Assembly: GCA_963705375.1 (NCBI GenBank)
Contig: OY970071.1
Coordinates: forward strand, 1,020,001-1,052,000
Origin: Candidatus Saccharimonadota bacterium
GTDB lineage: Archaea > Micrarchaeota > Micrarchaeia > Micrarchaeales > Micrarchaeaceae
Reading direction: 5' to 3'
Length of the DNA stretch: 32,000 nt
Shown here: piece after piece, positions 24,803 through 32,000 of the stretch
Layout of the letters: each line of letters begins with the position of its first letter
Position numbering within the stretch: the stretch's first letter is position 1
Translations under genes and position numbers: made by a program
Notes under the pieces: model-generated
What the model saw: the letters and a program-made list of their open reading frames with translations, nothing else
Told to the model about the DNA's origin: nothing
Database searches by the model: none

Positions 24803-26008
24803 TCAGAAAACATTATACTTTCCATCAAGTATCCCTTTTGATATTTCGTCGATTCTGCCGACGGTATCTGTGATAGTATCCTCTACTTCTGATTTGATAT
24901 TATTGATGCTCGTTCCCTTAGCAAGCGTAACGTTTGCTGCTGAGCTATGGGGCATGTCTATTCTTTCGCCGATATACGAGACCATTGTCACCGTGCAGCC
25001 CTTCAACCCTTCCATTTCCGCTATCCGACTCGAAGCTTCGTTTGCCAATATGTTGTACAGCTTTCCTGTGTGGTTGATCGGGTTCTTTCCTGCACATGAT
25101 TCCATTGACATTCTCCTGAAAGGTGTTATCAGGCCGTTCACTCGGTTGCCGCGGCCAGGCTGGCCATCGTCTCCAGATTCGCAGCTCAACCCTGATTTGG
25201 TAAGGTATATCTCGCCGCGTTTTATGGCGTCGCCAGTGTTGACGGACACATTCGCAGCGTCTCCCGTGATCTTTCTTGAAAACTTCTCAATATCGGAAAC
25301 GACAGTGGCCTTTAGCTCTGCGTACTCATCTATGCTGCTGACAAGCTGCGCCACAAACGCCACTGCGACGTTGAGCTCTATGGTGCCATTGTTCCTTGAG
25401 CACATGACCTTGATATCTTCTCCCGTTGAGGGCATTCTCTTCTTGTACTCTTTGCTGTTCAGGAAGCGTTCGATCTCAAGTGCGAGCCTCTCTGCCTTTG
25501 TCATAGGTGCGAAGCCCACCCCTATCGACGTGTCGTTCGCCAACGGTGCCTCGTTGCCTCTTGAGAAAAGCTTTGTGAGGTCTTCGGAACCTCCAAATAT
25601 CCTGGTCGATATTCTTGTTTCGTTCTCGATGTCCAAGAATCGCGTATTCTCCTTCAGGTAGTCCTTTGCGGCTTTGATCACTATTTGGTCGACAGGTATC
25701 TTCTTCCCTCCAAAAGCCCTTGTAGCCCTTCCTACGATTATAATCTCTATAGGTTTGGTTATCTTTCCATTGCCCGGTTTTACACGTGCCGCGCCTCCGA
25801 CTAATATGCCCTTGTCCACATTGTGATGCAATATTGTGCCGAAGCGTTCAAGGTAGTATTTTGAGAGCTCTATAGACGATCTCTCACATATTCCGTCCAT
25901 GATGCTGTCTGGATGACCTATTCCTTTCCTTTCCACATACTCTACGGGCTGGTCTTCAATAGGGAGTTCCTTCGATTCGTAGACCTTTACTATCGATGCG
26001 TCGCTCAT
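24803..26008 (-). CDS. mat: archaeal-type S-adenosylmethionine synthetase
   Basis: VERKGIGHPDSIMDGICE near the N-terminus and a length of about 400 aa. ATG at 26008 (MSDASIVKVYE...) is preferred over the upstream GTG at 26086, by comparison with the N-terminal spacing in known archaeal MATs. Confidence 0.92.
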   Translation of the reverse strand: MSDASIVKVYESKELPIEDQPVEYVERKGIGHPDSIMDGICERSSIELSKYYLERFGTILHHNVDKGILVGGAARVKPGNGKITKPIEIIIVGRATRAFGGKKIPVDQIVIKAAKDYLKENTRFLDIENETRISTRIFGGSEDLTKLFSRGNEAPLANDTSIGVGFAPMTKAERLALEIERFLNSKEYKKRMPSTGEDIKVMCSRNNGTIELNVAVAFVAQLVSSIDEYAELKATVVSDIEKFSRKITGDAANVSVNTGDAIKRGEIYLTKSGLSCESGDDGQPGRGNRVNGLITPFRRMSMESCAGKNPINHTGKLYNILANEASSRIAEMEGLKGCTVTMVSYIGERIDMPHSSAANVTLAKGTSINNIKSEVEDTITDTVGRIDEISKGILDGKYNVF

Positions 26009-26141
26009 CAATACCAATGATGAAGCTGCATTGCACGTATTTAGCGTTTGTGGCACTGGCCTGAAACATGATGACTGGTCCGCCACAAATCTTACAGGCT
26101 CCGCGCATAGGTATTAAACCATTGGCTCCGATTCTATTTTT

Positions 26142-26651
26142 GTGGCTGGCGATAGAATCACCGAGGTTAAGCCGAGGATGGGATTTTTGTGGTCCATCTT
26201 CCTTATCATATGGATAGTCATAGGCCTGATACTCCTTGCGGTACTGGTTCTCGGAACCCTGGCCATGATAGCCCTTCTGCCAAAAATATCAGGTGCACTA
26301 AGCACAGTTAGTGCCCTGTCAAGTCTTGGTTCGGGCACAGGCGGCGTCACCGGAAACAACAACTATGGTGGATCCAGTTTGAATGGCTCTGGCAGTGGAA
26401 ATCAATCTGCGAGCAATGCACAGAGTTATCTGGCGAGCCTTGCGCTCCAGATGCAGTCTGATGTCAACCAAGGAAACTGGAGTGCGGCTGGTAACGAGAT
26501 GAACACGATACAAACTGTGCTATTGCAGATACCTCCGTCAAAGCTACCTTCAGGTCTAATGCAGGCGATCACTAAGCTTAATCAGTCGATAGCTGACAGG
26601 AACGCAACAGCATTCAATAACATCTTTAATCAGCTGAGCACGAGCTCATGA
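26142..26651 (+). CDS. small membrane-anchored protein, unknown function
   Basis: One or two N-terminal TM helices, a G/S/N-rich linker and a helical C-terminal domain. Start uncertain (GTG 26142 or ATG 26178). Confidence 0.5.
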   Translation: MAGDRITEVKPRMGFLWSIFLIIWIVIGLILLAVLVLGTLAMIALLPKISGALSTVSALSSLGSGTGGVTGNNNYGGSSLNGSGSGNQSASNAQSYLASLALQMQSDVNQGNWSAAGNEMNTIQTVLLQIPPSKLPSGLMQAITKLNQSIADRNATAFNNIFNQLSTSS

Positions 26652-26706
26652 GTCAAGACCTGTCGTTTTAAAGTTTTTTCTGAGATAAGACTTATCGGCG
26701 ACGAGC

Positions 26707-28524
26707 TTGGCTTCAGACGACTCACAAGAACCTGGCACTCCAGAACAAGGTGCGCCTCAGGAACAGGCAGCTCCGCAAGAACAAGGCTCTCCTGTCGAGC
26801 AAGGTGCGCCAGAGCAGGCGCCCGAACCTGAAATGCAACCGGAACAAAAGCCAGTAGCTGCATCAGAAAGCGAGGCTGAGGCAGGTGCTCAAGGAGAAGC
26901 AGGGGCAGAACCGAAGCCGAGTGTCAAACCCAGAAAGCGTCGCGTATCTACGAAAACACCTGAAATCGTAAGTGCTGAGAAGGTCCAATTCCTGCCAAAA
27001 TCCCAAAGCACTCTCACAGAAGCGGAGAATCCGATAGCGTCTGAATCTGCTGCAGGCTCTGCTGAAAATGTTGCCGTGAGCGAATCCGAGCACAATGAGA
27101 TGCCTCCTGAATCCGCTACTGTTCTGCCAACTGAACCCCTTATTGAGCAGCCACAGGCGCAGAACGGGCCATCTGGTCAGGGGCATGTGCAAGGATCGGC
27201 TGTGCCCAAAACAGCAGCAGAAACAGGCGCGCAGACTTCTGATATAAAAGAAGCCGAGCCAAAGCGGAAGGTCCAGTCCAGGGTCAAGCGCGTATCTAAA
27301 AGGAAACCGAAGAAACTCGGACGTCCAACAAAAATTCAATCCATGCTTCAATCTAAGGCAGAGACCACAGAAAAAATAGCTGCTGCAGAGACCAAACCCG
27401 TGCCTGGTGCTGTTGAAGTGTCACGTTCTGCCGAAAGCGTGCCTACGTCCGAATTTACATCAGAAGTGCCTTCTGTGTCTGCTGCAAAGCCAGAGGTCGG
27501 CAAGGTTCCGGAAACTCAGACCGCCGCGGAAATAGCACTAATGCCCGAAGAGCACCATTACACTGCCGTAGTGCATGAACCTGAACACGTCGAAGCTGCT
27601 TACAAGTCGACCGAAACGGAATTCAAATCCGCTTCAGGAGGCAAATCAGGAGCGACTGTCCTTGTGCAGTCTGCCCATGAAACTGGCGAATCCCATAAAA
27701 CGACAAAAGAACCTGAACCTGGTGCAGGATTGGGTGCTCTGAAAGGAGTATTCGTACTTCTTGCTATAATCGTCTTGGCTGCGCTGTCGCTATTGTACGC
27801 ACAGAATCACAATCTGTTAGCGAACGTGATGTATGCAAATGTCCTTGCTATTCACAACGCAAAAACCACCTTAACAACCGTGCCGGCCAATGCATCAAAT
27901 GCGATAGTTCAGACGGGCAACATCACTGCGAACAGCATTGTGGTGCATGCAAACAACGTTTCGTACTATGGGAACAACACTATAAAGATATCCGGAAATG
28001 TCTCTCCAGTGCCGACAGCTTCTGGTTATGCTGTTGTTGTCTCTGTCACGAACCCAAACGGTTTGTTGGTCGAGGGGGTTGAGCTGCCGCTCTCTGCATC
28101 GGGTCGGTTCGAGACGAGCTTCATTGGCGGAGGTACCGGTTCATGGATCAACGGCACCTACACAATAACCTCTATCTGCTGTGGGCAGAACACCAATTCG
28201 ACTTTCAAGTGGACTACAGCGAAACCGCAGCCAGTGATAGGTCCAATCATCCTTACGCTATGCTCCGTATACGCAAAGGCGCGCAACGGAATGTTCATGC
28301 TGTGCATACTGCTGATGGTGTTCGGCGCCACAATGTACTCTCTGGCTCAAGTGATGCCTGCCTCGCACAAAAAATCGACTGAGAGTTATGGCCTTAGCAT
28401 GATAGTGGGCTCAATCATAGGGATGACGCTGGCGCTGCTAGCACCATATATACTCAAGGCTATTGTTGGCAATTCATTGCCTGTGGCTTCGTGCGCATCC
28501 GGCTTGCTGGCTGTTCTTGTATGA
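26707..28524 (+). CDS. membrane protein with ~340-aa acidic P/E/Q/A-rich tail, TM helix, sequon-rich Ig-like ectodomain and C-terminal multi-helix hydrophobic module
   Basis: The ORF opens after a stop at 26686-26688. The first possible start is TTG 26707, and the first ATG is 26830. Low-complexity PEQGAPQEQAAPQEQGSPVEQGAPEQAPEPE. TM helix GLGALKGVFVLLAIIVLAALSLLYA. Three or four hydrophobic helices at the C-terminus. Confidence 0.65.
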   Translation: MASDDSQEPGTPEQGAPQEQAAPQEQGSPVEQGAPEQAPEPEMQPEQKPVAASESEAEAGAQGEAGAEPKPSVKPRKRRVSTKTPEIVSAEKVQFLPKSQSTLTEAENPIASESAAGSAENVAVSESEHNEMPPESATVLPTEPLIEQPQAQNGPSGQGHVQGSAVPKTAAETGAQTSDIKEAEPKRKVQSRVKRVSKRKPKKLGRPTKIQSMLQSKAETTEKIAAAETKPVPGAVEVSRSAESVPTSEFTSEVPSVSAAKPEVGKVPETQTAAEIALMPEEHHYTAVVHEPEHVEAAYKSTETEFKSASGGKSGATVLVQSAHETGESHKTTKEPEPGAGLGALKGVFVLLAIIVLAALSLLYAQNHNLLANVMYANVLAIHNAKTTLTTVPANASNAIVQTGNITANSIVVHANNVSYYGNNTIKISGNVSPVPTASGYAVVVSVTNPNGLLVEGVELPLSASGRFETSFIGGGTGSWINGTYTITSICCGQNTNSTFKWTTAKPQPVIGPIILTLCSVYAKARNGMFMLCILLMVFGATMYSLAQVMPASHKKSTESYGLSMIVGSIIGMTLALLAPYILKAIVGNSLPVASCASGLLAVLV

Positions 28525-28601
28525 GTGTGCACGCATCTGCAGCATCGTAAACCACCACGCCCATCAAAAGGCATTTAACTCTCCTAGGTTAGAGTGGTAT
28601 T

Positions 28602-28895
28602 GTGATTAGCGTAAAGTCTGTTGTTAAGGCTTTGGAAGGCTGCATCGATCCTGAACTTGGCGCAAGCATAGTGGATATAGGGCTAGTGTATGGCATACGC
28701 ATCATAGGTGGCAATAACGTCAAGGTGACTCTGACAATGACCTCTCCGATGTGTCCGCTTGCTGGTGCCATACTTTCAAACGCGAAGCAGAGGCTAGAGT
28801 CCTTAAAAGGCGTTGGTAAGGTGGAGCTGGAGCTCGTATGGGGTCCTGTATGGACTCCTGAGATGATGAGTGGCGATCTCAGGTACCGTGACTAA
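28602..28895 (+). CDS. DUF59/MIP18-family (SufT/PaaD-like) Fe-S cluster assembly protein
   Basis: VVKALEGCIDPELGASIVDIGLVYGI...VKVTLTMTSPMCPLAG is the characteristic DUF59 pattern. GTG start. Confidence 0.8.
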   Translation: MISVKSVVKALEGCIDPELGASIVDIGLVYGIRIIGGNNVKVTLTMTSPMCPLAGAILSNAKQRLESLKGVGKVELELVWGPVWTPEMMSGDLRYRD

Positions 28896-29458
28896 TCGTA
28901 TTGCATGCTTTCGTCTGTTCTCTTGTATTCTATGAACTCGCTCTCCGTGAACCACAGAGGCACTTCCCGTGCCGCATCTTTCTTGTCTCCTGAAACATGG
29001 ATTACGTTCTTTACTGCGCGCTTCTTGTTGTCTGCGAGGTCGTAAGAATCCGAGCAGTATCTTCCTCTCAATGATGATGGGTCTGCATCTGTCGGGCTCG
29101 TTGCTCCGGTGATTTTCTTCACGTTCGCTACGGCTTCGTTGCCCTCTATGACCATGGCCACGACAGGCTTGCCTACCAGATAATCGAACAGGTAACCTCT
29201 GATGCGCTGACCTATCTGCAGTTCCGTCTCCTTCATCTCAATTCCGCGCTTCTTGTATGAGTTTATGGTCTTGATTCCGATGCTTTTCAAGTACTCTTCA
29301 TCTGCGACATAGTGCTTGTCTATAATGCTTCTGTCAGGCTTCAACATCTTCATTGCCACCACTTTCATGCCCGCGTCCTCAAATGCTGCTATGGTATTGC
29401 CTATCAGTGCCCTGTACACTCCGTCCGGCTTAACTAACACTAGCGTGCGCTCAATCAT
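28892..29458 (-). CDS. ndk: nucleoside diphosphate kinase (long form with insertions)
   Basis: ERTLVLVKPDGV, KPVVAMVIEGNEAV, TGATSPTDADPSSLRGRY and NVIHVSGD (catalytic His). 188 aa against the usual ~150. TATA-like tttttattatatt about 30 nt upstream. Confidence 0.85.
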   Translation of the reverse strand: MIERTLVLVKPDGVYRALIGNTIAAFEDAGMKVVAMKMLKPDRSIIDKHYVADEEYLKSIGIKTINSYKKRGIEMKETELQIGQRIRGYLFDYLVGKPVVAMVIEGNEAVANVKKITGATSPTDADPSSLRGRYCSDSYDLADNKKRAVKNVIHVSGDKKDAAREVPLWFTESEFIEYKRTDESMQYD

Positions 29459-29524
29459 CTAATCACAAACAGTATTCACAGCAATATAATAAAAAGCTGT
29501 GCAATACCTGCACTCGTCATGTCG

Positions 29525-30430
29525 TTACTCACAACGCAATGGAAGCGCCCAGAAGCTTCCGTCTTCGTTCTTTATAAACAACCTTCCATCAGCGTCCTTT
29601 ACAACCATTCCCAGCGCCACCTCTACCAAAGTCGGCGGAAATATGCGCCAGTCGCCAACTTCCTTTAATCTGCTCTGATTATTTTTTGCTATAATCTTGG
29701 CGAGTTCTGGATCTTCTTTCAGATCGTTTAGGGAATTTCCTTCTAGATCCACGGTGACGGGTGCTGATATTCCCAGCACGGCCCCACCATCTACTTCGTG
29801 TGTGACCAGATGCGTGCTCGCCCTTATCTCTGTTTGGCCGTCTATGATTGCATCTAAGACTGCACGGTTTCCAATGTACTTTCTCCTCTCGGTTTCTTCA
29901 TCTATTATGGAAAGGTCGGCGGGGTGGACATTGATTATCCTGTTCTCATACGCACTAAGAAGAGGGTTAGTGACTATTATCTCGTAACCTCCAAAGGCCA
30001 AGAAGTCTATTTCTGGTGATATGCTCTTCAGCTCTTGCAGCACTCCTTCAAAGTAAGGTTCGCGTTCGCTAAAATCCTTTGGGTTCTTTATAAAATGCGA
30101 TTTAAACTCTTTGAAATCGGAATATATCACGTTGTTGGGGATTTGAAATTCTTCTGTAATGTTCCAGGTGTTATTGCCTTCATCGCAGTTGTCTGTGACT
30201 ATGACTGAGATATTATACGGTGTCCCTCCTTTACTTTCCAGTTCTTTCTGGGTTCTCATCAGCTCCCTGACATTGCTTCCGCTTCCTGACATGCATGCGG
30301 CAACCTGCATAGGCGTTTCCTTTGGTTCGTATAGCTTAACAATAGGTTCCTTTGGTTCGTACTGCTTACTTTCGCTAGGCATGCTTCTCCATGAGTCAAC
30401 TGCAATATTTATAAGTTCACGTGCATGCAT
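29525..30430 (-). CDS. formyltransferase-family protein (PurN/GAR transformylase-like) with extensions
   Basis: MSGSGSNVRELM (PurN-type N-terminal loop), INVHPADLS (HxSLLP-type motif) and STHLVTHEVDGGAVLG. Start ambiguous: ATG 30430, or ATG 30310 (MQVAACMSGSGSN). Confidence 0.7.
   Translation of the reverse strand: MHARELINIAVDSWRSMPSESKQYEPKEPIVKLYEPKETPMQVAACMSGSGSNVRELMRTQKELESKGGTPYNISVIVTDNCDEGNNTWNITEEFQIPNNVIYSDFKEFKSHFIKNPKDFSEREPYFEGVLQELKSISPEIDFLAFGGYEIIVTNPLLSAYENRIINVHPADLSIIDEETERRKYIGNRAVLDAIIDGQTEIRASTHLVTHEVDGGAVLGISAPVTVDLEGNSLNDLKEDPELAKIIAKNNQSRLKEVGDWRIFPPTLVEVALGMVVKDADGRLFIKNEDGSFWALPLRCE
30317..30376. repeat. tandem 30-bp direct repeat in the 5' region or upstream region of the formyltransferase gene
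   Basis: ttcctttggttcgta occurs perfectly at 30317-30331 and 30347-30361. The rest of each unit is partly conserved. If translated it encodes YEPKEP / YEPKET. Confidence 0.8.
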
Positions 30431-30463
30431 TATATTCGTCTATTTGTTCCAGAGGCGTTTCTC

Positions 30464-32000
30464 ATGATCAGGCAACCAATCATAGCCGTGCTCGGACATG
30501 TCGACCATGGCAAGACCACGTTACTTGACCGGATCCGGAGCACCGCCATAGCTACGAAGGAAGTTGGTGGCATGACCCAGCACATAGGTGCCAGCGAGGT
30601 TCCAATTGACGCTATAAACAAGATATCCGGGCCTCTTCTGAAGGCCATGAACGTCGCCATAACTATTCCCGGCCTGCTTTTCATAGACACGCCAGGACAC
30701 GAGGCGTTCACGAACCTGCGAAGGCGCGGAGGGAACATCTCAGATATAGCGATACTTGTTGTAGACATCTCGAAGGGATTTGAGCCGCAGACGATAGAGG
30801 CCATAGAGATACTCAAGGAGTACAAGACTCCGTTTGTCGTTGCCGTGAACAAGGTCGACCTGGTGACTGGATGGCACGACACGAAATCGAAGAGCTTCTT
30901 GGAGGCGTTGAGCAAGCAGAACTCCTACGTTGCAGACGAGATTGAGAAAAGATTGTACGTGCTGATCGGGAGCCTGAGCGAGCACGGCCTGAACGCGGAG
31001 CGCTTCGACAGGATAAAAGACTTTAAGACCGAGCTGGCCCTGGTTCCGGTGAGTGCCAAGACTGGAGAGGGTATCGCGGAGCTTCTGATGCTCATCACAG
31101 GGCTTTCCCAGAAGTATCTGGAAGAGAAACTGAAAATAGAGATAAAAGGCCCAGGCAAGGGCAGCATACTGGAGAAGAACGAGATAAAGGGTCTCGGCAC
31201 TACGATAGACATAATATTGTACGACGGGTCGCTGCACGTCAACGACACGATAGCGTTTGCGACTTTTTCAGGCGTCGGGACATCAAAGATAAGGGCCCTG
31301 CTTAAGCCGAAGCCGCTGCACCAGATGGGTGCTGGCTCTGGCAAGTTCTCGAACGTTGATTCTGTTAGTGCTGCAAGCGGAATAAAGATAAGCGGGGAAG
31401 GGCTTGATGACGCTATGCCAGGGTCCCCTATTATAGAGGTGACTGCGGAGAGCGACTATGCCAATGAGATAAAGGCTGAGATATCTGAAGTTTTCAAGAC
31501 TGATGATGTGGGCGTGGTGCTCAAGACCGATTCCATAGGTAGCATGGAAGCCATCTCGATGCTTCTTGGAAATGCAGGGTACAAGATAAGCAAGAAAGGC
31601 ATAGGCAACATAACAAAGCGCGACATCATAGACGCGTTCTCGATGAACGCAAAGGATCCTGCATGCGCCGCTGTGCTGGCGTTCAATGCCGGCATGGATT
31701 CCGATGTGCTCGAGGCATCGCAGACGAGCGGAGTGAAAGTTATCGAGAGCAACATAATATACAAGATTCTTGACGACTACAAAGCGTTCGTTGACGCGCA
31801 CAAGAAGACCACAACAGAGAAGATCGAGAGTACGCTGGTGTTCCCTGCAGCGATAGAGATCATGCCAGGCACGGTGTTCAGGATGTCGCACCCTGCCGTA
31901 TTCGGAGTGCGTGTCCTTACCGGCAGGATAAAACAAGGATACAAGCTGATAAACGAACTAGGCACTTTCGTCGGCAAGATAAAGGAGATGCAGAACGAGA
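30464..32000 (+). CDS. infB: translation initiation factor aIF5B (IF-2 family GTPase), 3' end outside the window
   Basis: My own translation from ATG 30464 gives MIRQPIIAVLGHVDHGKTTLLDRIR...GGMTQHIGASEV...FIDTPGHEAFTNLRRRG...AVNKVDL...VSAKTGEGI. It is open to the window end, and it is not listed in the ORF track because no stop is reached. Confidence 0.95.
   Translation, partial: MIRQPIIAVLGHVDHGKTTLLDRIRSTAIATKEVGGMTQHIGASEVPIDAINKISGPLLKAMNVAITIPGLLFIDTPGHEAFTNLRRRGGNISDIAILVVDISKGFEPQTIEAIEILKEYKTPFVVAVNKVDLVTGWHDTKSKSFLEALSKQNSYVADEIEKRLYVLIGSLSEHGLNAERFDRIKDFKTELALVPVSAKTGEGIAELLMLITGLSQKYLEEKLKIEIKGPGKGSILEKNEIKGLGTTIDIILYDGSLHVNDTIAFATFSGVGTSKIRALLKPKPLHQMGAGSGKFSNVDSVSAASGIKISGEGLDDAMPGSPIIEVTAESDYANEIKAEISEVFKTDDVGVVLKTDSIGSMEAISMLLGNAGYKISKKGIGNITKRDIIDAFSMNAKDPACAAVLAFNAGMDSDVLEASQTSGVKVIESNIIYKILDDYKAFVDAHKKTTTEKIESTLVFPAAIEIMPGTVFRMSHPAVFGVRVLTGRIKQGYKLINELGTFVGKIKEMQNE

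Noticed and set aside
24480-25661. 393-aa + strand ORF.
   Set aside because: It is antisense to the archaeal SAM synthetase gene, which carries diagnostic motifs. The + strand translation is low-complexity Ser/Leu/Ile junk.
30430-31977. Six minus-strand ORFs of 66-217 aa listed in the track.
   Set aside because: All lie antisense to the clearly recognisable aIF5B reading frame, and their compositions are implausible (Cys/His/Arg-rich or serine-rich junk).

Overview
This window looks like an archaeal chromosomal segment. Supporting markers are an archaeal-type SAM synthetase, aIF5B, an ATP-dependent DNA ligase, a tRNA-His with a genomically encoded G-1 and no encoded CCA, and many class III (Flp-like) signal peptides. 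I cannot assign a lineage by eye; a small-genome DPANN- or Thermoplasmata-like organism is only a guess. All homology calls come from motifs I recognise in the translations, and no searches were run. Left third (1-10.4 kb): a hydrolase fragment; a thiol-redox pair made of a CcdA-family membrane protein with apparently swapped motif order plus a DipZ-like thioredoxin/beta-sandwich protein; an orphan gene; a Nudix hydrolase; a polytopic membrane protein; a GT-C glycosyltransferase; a 13-repeat TPR protein; an ABC-2 exporter bracketed by a 55-bp direct repeat that includes the 3' end of tRNA-His. Centre (10.4-23.9 kb): the most interesting part, a tightly coupled Tad/Epd-like type IV filament operon (ATPase, two single-domain platform proteins, seven small or large pilin-like genes) with a divergent wHTH gene. 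It is followed by DNA ligase, a four-module beta-helix surface protein of about 1000 aa, tRNA-Thr, and a protein that fuses a pilin signal and head to a glycine-rich domain. Right third: housekeeping genes (ICMT-family methyltransferase, SAM synthetase, DUF59/SufT-like, NDK, a PurN-like formyltransferase, and aIF5B running off the window, which the ORF track does not list) plus a membrane protein with a long acidic P/E/Q-rich tail. I saw no CRISPR array, rRNA, transposase or integrase. Many long ORFs in the track are antisense artefacts of real genes.
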